Assembly (NCBI GenBank): GCA_964415365.1
Contig: CAYPYW010000004.1
Location: forward strand, 23,658 to 87,657
Reading direction: 5' to 3'
Length of the DNA stretch: 64,000 nt
From: an uncultured Actinomycetota bacterium
GTDB taxonomy: Bacteria > Actinomycetota > Humimicrobiia > Humimicrobiales > Humimicrobiaceae
The position numbers and the translations under genes are program-made. The notes under the pieces are model-generated. The model searched no databases. It was given only the letters and a program-made list of their open reading frames with translations, and had not been told where the DNA came from. Positions 21,449-30,122 of the stretch are shown here, piece by piece. Each line of letters starts with the position of its first letter. Positions within the stretch are counted from its first letter, which is position 1.

Positions 21449-21478
21449 ATTGAATAAACTATTCAATTATGATAACAT
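21449..21478 (+). promoter_or_regulatory. Sigma70-type promoter of the 6S RNA, overlapped by an 8-3-8 palindrome
   Basis: TTGAAT (21450-55), N17, TAACAT (21473-78) with an extended TG at 21470-71, placing the start near G21485, the 5' end of the predicted RNA. Palindrome ATTGAATA-aac-TATTCAAT at 21449-21467. Confidence 0.6.
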
Positions 21479-21484
21479 TTTTCC

Positions 21485-21672
21485 GGGTACTCTGTTTGTA
21501 TCGCAACTAAAGTTAAATTTTTGTGCCAACAAATTTACATTGGAAGCTCAAACTTTGGCTGTAGCGTAAATGCCCATTACATAGTGGGACTTATAAAACA
21601 GACAGGAGGGCATCCACCTGCTGAGCGCAGGGCGCAAAAAACTTCCTCTAGTTACGACTAAGCGGAGTATCC
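21485..21672 (+). ncRNA. ssrS: 6S RNA
   Basis: The ends pair into a long closing stem (GGGTACTCTGTT with AGCGGAGTATCC; TCGCAACTAAAG with CTCTAGTTACGA). The internal GGAGGGCATCCACCTGCTGAGCGCAGG motif resembles 6S RNA. About 188 nt, located just after aspS as in Firmicutes. Confidence 0.85.
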
Positions 21673-21707
21673 ATTTTATTATCGAATATCAGCCTGATTT
21701 AATTTTT

Positions 21708-24413
21708 ATGGATATAAGAAAGACATTTTTGGATTATTTTAAGAAAAATGATCATCTGGTAATGTCTTCGTCAAGCCTTATACCACAGGATGACCCCAGT
21801 GTGCTTCTAACTACTGCCGGAATGCAACAGTTCAAACCGTACTATCTGGGAATAAAAAAACCTCCTGCCAGCAGAATTGCTACAGTGCAGAAATGCTTCA
21901 GAACCAGTGATATAGATAAGGTGGGTTACACGGACAAACATCTTACATTTTTTGAGATGTTAGGCAATTTTTCATTCGGAGATTATTTTAAAAAAGAAGC
22001 AATAGAATATTCTTTTGATTTTCTTTTAAATGTTTTAAAAATTCCCATCGAAAAGTTACTGGTTGCTGTATTTGAAGGGAGCAAAGAAATACCGGCGGAT
22101 TTGGAATCTATAGAATACTGGAAGAAAAGCGGGATAAGCGCTGATAAAATATACAAATTCGGAAAAGAAGAAAATTTCTGGGGTCCTGCCGGAGAGACCG
22201 GACCCTGTGGACCATGCTCTGAAATATACTATGATTTTGGAAAAGAATATGGATGCGGTAAAAAAGATTGTAATCCGAATTGCGATTGCGGCAGATTCCT
22301 TGAAATATGGAATCTTGTTTTTACCCAGTACAATTTCAATGGCAAAAAGTATGACGAATTGCCCCGGAAAAATATTGATACCGGTATGGGATTAGAACGA
22401 ATAATGGCGGTTTTAAAAGGGAATCCATCTGTTTTTAGGACGTCCTTATTTGATACTATAATGAAAGAAATAGAAAAAATATCAGGGAAAGAGAGTAATT
22501 TTAAAAATAATAAAAGTCATAATTCTGAATTTGATAAGAGTGCAAGAATAATAGCCGACCACAGCCGGGCTATTTACTTTTTGATTTCCGATGGAGTGGT
22601 ACCTTCAAACGAAGGAAGAGGTTATATCTTGAGGAGAATAATTAGAAGAGCCATAAGATATGGTAAGTTAGTGGGAATCGAAGATTATTTTTTAAATGAT
22701 ATCGGCCAGCTAATCATACATGAATATTCAAAAATATATCCCGAACTTTTAGAAAGGGAAGAGTTTTCGTTTAAATTAGTAAGGGATGAAGAAAAGAGAT
22801 TCACAGAAACATTAAAGGAAGGAAGTAAGGTTCTGGTACAGAAAATTAACAGTATCAAGAAGGATAATAGAGAATATCTTGATTCCAAAGACGCTTTTAA
22901 ATTGTATGACACGTTTGGTTTTCCAGTTGAGCTGACCATGGAAATATTGGGTGAAAACGACTTAAAATTGGACATGAAAAAGTTCCATGATTATTTAAAG
23001 AAACATGTTGAGAAATCAAGGAAAAAAGTTTTATTTGATAAAAAAATAGATAAGAATCTGGAACTATACCGTAAAATAAGCAAGAATCTGGAAGTGGTAT
23101 TTGTTGGTTATCAGAAGAATGTATCGGAAACAATAATTGAAAGTATTGTAAAAATTGATAAATATGGAAACAGGGAATTGACATCGAAGTTACCTGAAGG
23201 AGAAAAAGGCGAAATAATTTTAAAAGAAACTCCGTTTTACGGAGAAAAAGGTGGTCAGATTGGAGATAGAGGCATTATTAAAAAAGGCAATAATATATTT
23301 ATAGTCGAAGACTGCAAGATTCCAGTTGATGGTATTTATGCTCATATAGGAAGTGTTAAGAAAGGTGAACTGAGAGTAGGTGACGAGATAAGTGCGGAGA
23401 TCGACCGCAGTCGCAGAAAGGATATAAGTAGAAACCATACTGCAACCCATCTTCTTCATTGGGCTCTAAGAAACGTGTTTGGCAATGAAGTGAAACAGGC
23501 CGGTTCTTTTGTGGGAGAAGATAGATTCAGGTTTGATTATTCTATCTATAATGCGCCGTCCGAAGAAAAGCTTAACAAAGTAGAAAGAATGATAAATGAG
23601 AAGATACAGAATAATGATTCCGTGAGATGTTTTGAAACCACCAGGGAATTTGCGGAAGAAATAGGAGCCATATCTTTATTTGGTGAGAAGTACGGTAAGT
23701 TTGTAAGGGTAGTAGAGATAAATAATTATAGCAGAGAGCTCTGTGGTGGTATTCACGTAAGCAGGACAGGGGATATTGGCATATTTAAGATTATGGCTGA
23801 AACCAGCATTGGTGCTAACTTAAGAAGAATAGAAGCAGTAACTGGTATGTATGCATATAATTATCTGCAAGAAAAGGAAAGAGTATTAGATGAGATTTCT
23901 GCTAACCTGGAAGTGGAACATAACAGAATATTGGATACCTTAGGTGAAGTTAAAGATAACACGAGGAAGAAAGAAGAGGAATTAACATTACTGCAAATAA
24001 GGATTGCAAAGAAAGAAATACTTGGTAAATTCAGGTACGATTCTTCTGATAGTGGTTTAAAAATAATTGATTTTAATTTTTCAAAGTCTGAATTGGTGCC
24101 CAATATGGAAATTAGTAAAATAGGGATAGTAGGCGATGAGATTAAGGATTATTTTAGAGGGATAAATACGTTTATCGTTTTTGGGAATATTTTAAATGGT
24201 AAACCGGTTATGATTCTGCAAGCTACTGAGGATCTTGTGAAGGAAGGGGTAGATTGCGGAAAGATAGCCAGGGAAACCAGTAAAAAATTAAAAGGTGGAG
24301 GTGGAGGTAAACCCTACTTTGCACAGCTGGGTGGTTCAGATGCCTCCTCTTTGGATAGCGTCATTGATTTTGTAAAGTCCAGAGTTATGGACATATTAAA
24401 AAATGGGAAATGA
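21708..24413 (+). CDS. alaS: Alanine--tRNA ligase
   Basis: TTAGMQQFKPY, HLTFFEMLGNFSFGDYFK, GPCGPCSEI, EIWNLVF, DTGMGLER, editing site NHTATHLLH / ELCGGIH, GGGGGKP. Confidence 0.98.
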   Translation: MDIRKTFLDYFKKNDHLVMSSSSLIPQDDPSVLLTTAGMQQFKPYYLGIKKPPASRIATVQKCFRTSDIDKVGYTDKHLTFFEMLGNFSFGDYFKKEAIEYSFDFLLNVLKIPIEKLLVAVFEGSKEIPADLESIEYWKKSGISADKIYKFGKEENFWGPAGETGPCGPCSEIYYDFGKEYGCGKKDCNPNCDCGRFLEIWNLVFTQYNFNGKKYDELPRKNIDTGMGLERIMAVLKGNPSVFRTSLFDTIMKEIEKISGKESNFKNNKSHNSEFDKSARIIADHSRAIYFLISDGVVPSNEGRGYILRRIIRRAIRYGKLVGIEDYFLNDIGQLIIHEYSKIYPELLEREEFSFKLVRDEEKRFTETLKEGSKVLVQKINSIKKDNREYLDSKDAFKLYDTFGFPVELTMEILGENDLKLDMKKFHDYLKKHVEKSRKKVLFDKKIDKNLELYRKISKNLEVVFVGYQKNVSETIIESIVKIDKYGNRELTSKLPEGEKGEIILKETPFYGEKGGQIGDRGIIKKGNNIFIVEDCKIPVDGIYAHIGSVKKGELRVGDEISAEIDRSRRKDISRNHTATHLLHWALRNVFGNEVKQAGSFVGEDRFRFDYSIYNAPSEEKLNKVERMINEKIQNNDSVRCFETTREFAEEIGAISLFGEKYGKFVRVVEINNYSRELCGGIHVSRTGDIGIFKIMAETSIGANLRRIEAVTGMYAYNYLQEKERVLDEISANLEVEHNRILDTLGEVKDNTRKKEEELTLLQIRIAKKEILGKFRYDSSDSGLKIIDFNFSKSELVPNMEISKIGIVGDEIKDYFRGINTFIVFGNILNGKPVMILQATEDLVKEGVDCGKIARETSKKLKGGGGGKPYFAQLGGSDASSLDSVIDFVKSRVMDILKNGK

Positions 24414-24820
24414 GAATTCTGGGACTGGATATAGGAGACAGAAGAATAGGAGTCGCGGTTTCGGATGAACTTGAGATCATATCTACGCCGCTTGAAGTAA
24501 TCAGAAACGATGAAAAAGTAAACGAAAAAATCAGGGAAATTATAAATGAATATAATGTCAAAAGAATAGTGGTAGGAATGCCATATACTTTGAGAGGAGA
24601 AACAGGTATTCAGGCAAAGAAGGTTGTTGGTTTTGTTGACAATATAATTAAAAACCTGAATATTGAAGTCGATTATATTGATGAAAGGTATACCACAAAA
24701 ATTCCATCAAAACTTTTAAGTAAGCGTTCTAAAAAAAAGGCAATTGATAAATTTTCAGCAAGCATAATTCTCAGTCATTATTTAGATAGGAAAAAGAGGA
24801 AAATTGAAAATATTAGATAA
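24410..24820 (+). CDS. ruvX: RuvX/YqgF-family nuclease (putative Holliday junction resolvase / pre-16S nuclease)
   Basis: ILGLDIGDRRIGVAVSD, VVGMP, IDERYTT, D..SA..IL; follows alaS. Confidence 0.93.
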   Translation: MRILGLDIGDRRIGVAVSDELEIISTPLEVIRNDEKVNEKIREIINEYNVKRIVVGMPYTLRGETGIQAKKVVGFVDNIIKNLNIEVDYIDERYTTKIPSKLLSKRSKKKAIDKFSASIILSHYLDRKKRKIENIR

Positions 24821-25829
24821 TAAATCTGCAGGTAAGGTAATTTTAATATGTATATTGGTGTTTATATCCATACTTTTCTTTTGCTTAACTTCCTGTGATC
24901 TTTTTAAAGGAGAAGAAGAGGATACGGTTCAGGCAGGGGTCGATGTTGAATTTGAAATAGAAGAAGGGATGACACTGAAGGAAGTTGCTAACCTTCTGGA
25001 AGAAAAAGGAATAATCAACAGCGCGTTTCTTTTCAGGTTGTTTGTGGAACAGAAGGGTAAAGAGGGAAGTTTAATACCCGGTATATATACATTGAAAACA
25101 AATTCAGAATATGAAGATGTGCTGAATGAAATAACAGCCGGCCCAGCGATAGTAACGTACAAGTTTACTATTCCAGAGGGCTATACAGTAAAACAGATTG
25201 TTGAAAGGGTAGCTGGCGACGTACCTTTTATAGAGTATGAAGATATGGAACAAGTTGTGGATATCAGTAATTATGATTATGATTATTTAGAAGGTGCTGA
25301 GAGCCTGGAGGGATTTTTATTTCCAAAAACTTATGAAGTAACGATAGATTATACTGCCAGAAATATAATTGAAATGATGCTTGCGCAGTACCAGTTTGAA
25401 ACTGGAAGCCTTGATTACTCTTTTGCAGAAAACAAAGGTTTAACCCATTATGACATATTAAAAATTGCGTCAATGATTGAGAGAGAAGCTTATATTCCCG
25501 AAGAGAGAGTTTTGATATCTGCAGTAGTACATAACAGGCTGGATATAGATATGAAGTTGGATATAGATGCCACCTTAAGTTATTTTTTAGACAAATGGGA
25601 GGAAGATTTGACTGAAAGTGACCTGCAGATTGACACAGAGTATAATACCAGACTGTATGCCGGCTTACCGCCTACTCCTATATGCAATCCAGGCCTGGCC
25701 TGTATTGAGGCAGCTTTAAGTCCTGCACAGGACGTAGAGTATACGTATTTCAAAGTTACAGACACCGAGAACCACAAGCATTCTTTTTTTAATACTTACC
25801 AGGAATTCCTAGATGCAGAGGTTAAATAG
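24804..25829 (+). CDS. mltG: Endolytic transglycosylase MltG
   Basis: FTIPEG, LEGFLFPKTY, catalytic ASMIERE, ISAVVHNRL, YNTRLYAGLPPTPICNPG. Confidence 0.94.
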   Translation: MKILDNKSAGKVILICILVFISILFFCLTSCDLFKGEEEDTVQAGVDVEFEIEEGMTLKEVANLLEEKGIINSAFLFRLFVEQKGKEGSLIPGIYTLKTNSEYEDVLNEITAGPAIVTYKFTIPEGYTVKQIVERVAGDVPFIEYEDMEQVVDISNYDYDYLEGAESLEGFLFPKTYEVTIDYTARNIIEMMLAQYQFETGSLDYSFAENKGLTHYDILKIASMIEREAYIPEERVLISAVVHNRLDIDMKLDIDATLSYFLDKWEEDLTESDLQIDTEYNTRLYAGLPPTPICNPGLACIEAALSPAQDVEYTYFKVTDTENHKHSFFNTYQEFLDAEVK

Positions 25830-26448
25830 CAATGCGAAAATAAGAGATTTAATCGCGGAAAAGAAATTACTACATGAACTACAAAAAAAAGCAGGCCTGA
25901 AAAAAGTACCAATAATAGGTATAACTACAGGAAGGTTTCTTGAGGTAATCTGTCTATTTACCAACCCAAGGAATATTTTAGAGATTGGATGCGGAACAGG
26001 ATTTTCGTCTTATTTCTTAATTAAGAATCTTGTGGAGGGCTGTTACACCGGTATAGATTTGAACAGGGAAAGAATAAAAGAAGCTAAAGAATTCATAAGT
26101 GGCAAATTTCCGGAAAAGAATTTTAGGTTTATAGCCGGTAACGCTTTAAGTTTGATTCCAGATATCGAAGAAAAATTCGATCTGGTGTTCATTGATGGAG
26201 CGAAATATGAATACCCGCTGTATATAAAAACTGTGGAAAGCAGGCTGAACTCAGGAGCCATAATGATTGCCGATAACGTTTTTTATGGCAATAAAGTTTT
26301 TAAGGATAAAATAAGCAAACATGATTTTAACAGTATAAATGGAATTAGAGAGTATATAAACTATGTGACAGATTCCGATAGTTTCAGTAATTATTTCTAT
26401 GATATAGGTGATGGTATATTGATTTCCAAGTTTTTTTTAAAAAAGTAG
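25813..26448 (+). CDS. O-methyltransferase, TrmR/YrrM-like
   Basis: ILEIGCGTGFS, FDLVFIDGAK, IADNV, GDG; position mltG-yrrM-U32 as in Bacillus. Confidence 0.8.
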   Translation: MQRLNSNAKIRDLIAEKKLLHELQKKAGLKKVPIIGITTGRFLEVICLFTNPRNILEIGCGTGFSSYFLIKNLVEGCYTGIDLNRERIKEAKEFISGKFPEKNFRFIAGNALSLIPDIEEKFDLVFIDGAKYEYPLYIKTVESRLNSGAIMIADNVFYGNKVFKDKISKHDFNSINGIREYINYVTDSDSFSNYFYDIGDGILISKFFLKK

Positions 26449-26461
26449 TTTTTGTCAAATT

Positions 26462-27706
26462 ATGCTAGAAGATAAAAAAATACCAGAACTTTTGGTACCT
26501 GCCAATAATTTAAATATTTTAAAGTATGCAGTCAATTATGGAGCGGACGCTGTTTATGTGGGGGGCAAAGAATTCAACTTAAGAAGCATCAGGGGAAATT
26601 TCAGCCTTAAAGAGTTGGAAGAAGGAGTTAATTATGCTCATAAACATGGGGTAAAAATTTATTTTACCCTTAACTCTATAGTTTATGAGCATGAGCTGGT
26701 CAGATTAAAAAAATATTTAAGAGAAATAAAAGACGTAAGTCTGGATGCTATCATAGTATCCGATTTCGGTGTTCTGGAGCTGGTAAAAGAAATTCTGCCT
26801 GAGAGAAAAATACATATAAGCACACAGACCAATATAAATAATCACCTGGGAGTAAAGTTTTTTGAAAAACTCGGGGTAAGCAGGGTAAATCTGGCAAGGG
26901 AAATAAATTTTTCCGATTTAAAAAATATTATAGGGAAAGCAAATATTGAGATAGAAATATTCGTGCATGGTGCATTATGCATTTCCTATTCCGGAAGATG
27001 TATGTTAAGTAAATATATGACCGGCCGTGATGCTAATAGAGGAAAGTGTGCACATAGCTGCAGGTGGAAATATTATTTGATGGAAGAGGAAAGAGCGAAC
27101 TTGTTTTTCCCGGTGGAACAGGATGAAAGAGGGACTTATATATATAATTCAAGAGATCTCTGTCTTTTGGATAAATTGAAATTGCTGACGGATACAGGTG
27201 TGGATGCTTTTAAAATAGAAGGGAGAATGAAAACTGAAAATTACGTAAGCCTTACAACCTGGGTCTACAGAAAAGCGCTGGATTATATCAAACAAAACAA
27301 ATTTACAGAACAGAGAATATCATATTTAACTGATGAGCTGGATAAATGTTCTCACCGGAATTTTACCCACGGCTTTATGTTTCTAAAAGATAAGAATGAA
27401 CTTGAAGACAATGATAATGTTGGTTATATCATAAAGTACAGGTTTATCGGTGTATACTATGATTTTAGTGATAAATATAATGGCCCGGTTATAAGTGTAA
27501 AGAACCAGTTCAGAACTGGGGAGGTCCTGGATATATTGCAGCCGTATAAGAATCCTAAAAGGTTTACTATAGAAAAAATAGTATCGATGTCAGATAATAC
27601 TAAGGTTGAATGCACAAATCCCAATGATTTTGTTGTTATATGTGGCCTGGGTAGAGTAAGCCCATTTTCAATTTTCAGAATAAAGAAGCGGGGATTTAAA
27701 ATATAA
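26462..27706 (+). CDS. U32-family protein, TrhP/YrrO-like tRNA hydroxylation protein
   Basis: ELLVPA, GADAVYVGG, HISTQ, Cys cluster CISYSGRC...RGKCAHSCRW, FKIEGRMK. Confidence 0.85.
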   Translation: MLEDKKIPELLVPANNLNILKYAVNYGADAVYVGGKEFNLRSIRGNFSLKELEEGVNYAHKHGVKIYFTLNSIVYEHELVRLKKYLREIKDVSLDAIIVSDFGVLELVKEILPERKIHISTQTNINNHLGVKFFEKLGVSRVNLAREINFSDLKNIIGKANIEIEIFVHGALCISYSGRCMLSKYMTGRDANRGKCAHSCRWKYYLMEEERANLFFPVEQDERGTYIYNSRDLCLLDKLKLLTDTGVDAFKIEGRMKTENYVSLTTWVYRKALDYIKQNKFTEQRISYLTDELDKCSHRNFTHGFMFLKDKNELEDNDNVGYIIKYRFIGVYYDFSDKYNGPVISVKNQFRTGEVLDILQPYKNPKRFTIEKIVSMSDNTKVECTNPNDFVVICGLGRVSPFSIFRIKKRGFKI

Positions 27707-27730
27707 TAAAAGTTATGAAAGTTTAAGAAG

Positions 27731-27759
27731 TTGAAAATATAAAAATTTTTTAGTATTAT
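27731..27759 (+). promoter_or_regulatory. Candidate sigma70-type promoter upstream of acyP-aroE-pilT-pilC-sigma
   Basis: TTGAAA-N17-TATTAT in the intergenic gap, 24 nt before the acyP ATG. Confidence 0.5.
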
Positions 27760-27783
27760 TATAATAATTAATTTAAAAGATAT

Positions 27784-28068
27784 ATGGTTGAAAATATTAA
27801 AACTTACAGAGTGGTACTGTTGGGTAGGGTTCAAGGTGTAGGTTTCAGGTATTTCGTAGAGTCTATAGCCAATAAGTATGGCATGGGTGGCTATGTGAGA
27901 AACACTTTCGACCGCAAAGTAGAAGTTGTATGTCAGGGAGAAGAAGAAGATCTGAAGCAGTTTATAGATGAAGTGAAAAAAGGGCCTGCATTCTCTGTGG
28001 TAACAGATGTTAGAATAGAAGAAATCGAAGATAGCAAAGAATATAATATATTCGAGATCAAATTTTAG
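27784..28068 (+). CDS. acyP: Acylphosphatase
   Basis: GRVQGVGFR, GYVRN, VEVVCQG, GP. Confidence 0.93.
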   Translation: MVENIKTYRVVLLGRVQGVGFRYFVESIANKYGMGGYVRNTFDRKVEVVCQGEEEDLKQFIDEVKKGPAFSVVTDVRIEEIEDSKEYNIFEIKF

Positions 28069-28098
28069 TAGTAGCAATATAATAGTTAAATAATAGCA

Positions 28099-28989
28099 AT
28101 GGACATAGATGAAATGATTAGCTCCAGTACAAAAGTAATAGCGCTTGTTGGGAAGCCGGTAAAACATAGCCTATCCCCGAAGATTCAGAATTTTTTCATA
28201 AGTAGATACTCCAAAGACGCAGTTTATCTGGCATTTGAATTTAATCACGAAGATCTTGAAGAGGCTTTTAACGGAGCGAAAAAATTAGGTTTTATAGGAT
28301 TAAATGTAACTATGCCTTATAAGGAGGGAATATTTAAATTAGTCGATAAGCTGGATGGGACATCTTCAATTATAAAATCTGTAAATACAGTTAAATTTGA
28401 CCGGGAGCGAGGGGTTTCAAAAGGTTTTAATACCGATGTAGGAGGTTTTTTAAGATCACTGGATAAAAAAAAATTTAAATGGGCAGGTAGCCAGTGTCTG
28501 ATCATAGGAGCAGGTGGCGCTGCAAGGGGTGCTATTTATGGGGTACTTCAAAAGAAAGTTAAAAAGGTATTTGTATATAACAGAACAAGGAAGAAAATAA
28601 CCGATATCATAAGTGATTTCAAATCTGTAGGAAGTGAAAAAATAGAGGCTTTGAATAGTATCAATGACATAAATGGCGAAATGGATTATATTGATTTAAT
28701 TGTAAATTGCACTCCTGTGGGAATGGATACAGGGCCTCATAAAGATATGCTGCCTGTACCTGATAACTGGAGTCTTAAGGGGAAATTCATTTTTGATATG
28801 GTCTATAGACCAATAGAAACCAGATTTATAAAAAAAGCGAAAAAAGAAGGTGCAACAGTTATAAATGGCATAGATTTACTAATAAGTCAGGCAGCGCTAT
28901 CTTTTAAAATCTGGTTTGGTATATTGCCCGGGATAGATGATGTAAGAAGGGTGATTCTGAATAGTATAGAAAAAAACAAGATAACATAA
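28099..28989 (+). CDS. aroE: Shikimate dehydrogenase
   Basis: HSLSP, GLNVTMPYK, SVNTV, NTDVGG, GAGGAARG, YNRT, NCTPVGM, DMVYRP. Confidence 0.95.
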   Translation: MDIDEMISSSTKVIALVGKPVKHSLSPKIQNFFISRYSKDAVYLAFEFNHEDLEEAFNGAKKLGFIGLNVTMPYKEGIFKLVDKLDGTSSIIKSVNTVKFDRERGVSKGFNTDVGGFLRSLDKKKFKWAGSQCLIIGAGGAARGAIYGVLQKKVKKVFVYNRTRKKITDIISDFKSVGSEKIEALNSINDINGEMDYIDLIVNCTPVGMDTGPHKDMLPVPDNWSLKGKFIFDMVYRPIETRFIKKAKKEGATVINGIDLLISQAALSFKIWFGILPGIDDVRRVILNSIEKNKIT

Positions 28990-29025
28990 TAAAATAAGCA
29001 AATAATTAAACAGATAGGGAAAAAG

Positions 29026-30084
29026 ATGGATATTGATGATATTTTAATTGAGGCAGTTAAAAGTAATGCATCAGATGTGCATATCGTATGTGTTCTTCCT
29101 CCTGTTGTTAGAATCCATGGTGGCTTGGTAAAGTTAGAAAAATTTGGAGAAATCACTCCGGAAATATCAGAAAAAATGCTAACTAAGATATTAAATCAGG
29201 AACAAATGGAAAGGCTGGGGGAACAGCTGGCAGTTGATTTTTCATATACAATGCCCGGTTATGGAAGATTTAGATGCAGTTATTATTACCAGAGAAACAC
29301 CCTGGCGGCTGCTTTCAGATATATTTCAAGAGATATACTCAGTATTGAAGAGTTAAATTTACCGAAACAAATTGAAGAATTTGCCAGTTACCCCAGAGGT
29401 CTTGTTCTTGTAGCCGGACCTACCGGTTGTGGAAAATCAACTACTCTTGCTGCAATAATAGATATGATTAATAGAAGTAGGTCTGAAAATATCATAACTA
29501 TAGAAGATCCTATAGAATATTTATTCACACATAAAAAAAGTATCGTATCCCAGAGAGAGGTATTGGCAGACACACACTCATTCGGAGCTGCTCTTAAGTA
29601 CATTTTAAGAGAAGACCCGGATGTTATAATGGTAGGAGAAATGAGAGATCTGGAAACAATATCAAGTGCATTGACTGCAGCAGAAACCGGTCACCTGGTT
29701 TTTTCAACACTGCATACCCAGGATGCGCCGCAGACGATTGATAGAATTATAGATATTTTTCCGACTTATCAGCAAAAGCAGGTAAGAGCTCAATTAGCAG
29801 GAACTTTAAAAGCAGTTCTGGTACAGCAATTAATACCCAATAAAGATAAGAGCGGGAGAATACCTGCAACCGAATTAATGTTTGTGACTTCTGCAATAAG
29901 AAATATGATTAGGGAAGTGAAAGTACATCAGATTTACTCGGCAATCCAGGCCAGTGGCAGGAGAGGCATGATGACCATGGATATGTCACTGGTAAATCTT
30001 TATAAAGGGGATAAGATTACAGAGGAGCTTGCATTAGAGAAGGCTCATAATATAGATGAAGTAAAGAGAATGATTCATGGTTAA
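29026..30084 (+). CDS. pilT: Type IV pilus retraction ATPase PilT
   Basis: GPTGCGKSTT, TIEDPIEY, REDPDVIMVGEMRD, AAETGHLVFSTLHT, and the PilT-specific AIRNMIRE motif. No PilB N-terminal domains (352 aa). Confidence 0.93.
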   Translation: MDIDDILIEAVKSNASDVHIVCVLPPVVRIHGGLVKLEKFGEITPEISEKMLTKILNQEQMERLGEQLAVDFSYTMPGYGRFRCSYYYQRNTLAAAFRYISRDILSIEELNLPKQIEEFASYPRGLVLVAGPTGCGKSTTLAAIIDMINRSRSENIITIEDPIEYLFTHKKSIVSQREVLADTHSFGAALKYILREDPDVIMVGEMRDLETISSALTAAETGHLVFSTLHTQDAPQTIDRIIDIFPTYQQKQVRAQLAGTLKAVLVQQLIPNKDKSGRIPATELMFVTSAIRNMIREVKVHQIYSAIQASGRRGMMTMDMSLVNLYKGDKITEELALEKAHNIDEVKRMIHG

Positions 30085-30122
30085 GACTTACTTGAAAATA
30101 ATAAATATCGAGGTTAATTTTT

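Noticed and set aside
27457-28167. 236-aa minus-strand ORF in the track
   Set aside because: It lies antisense to the U32 gene end, acyP and the aroE start; the Phe/Ile/Tyr-rich translation is typical of an AT-rich shadow frame with no motif.
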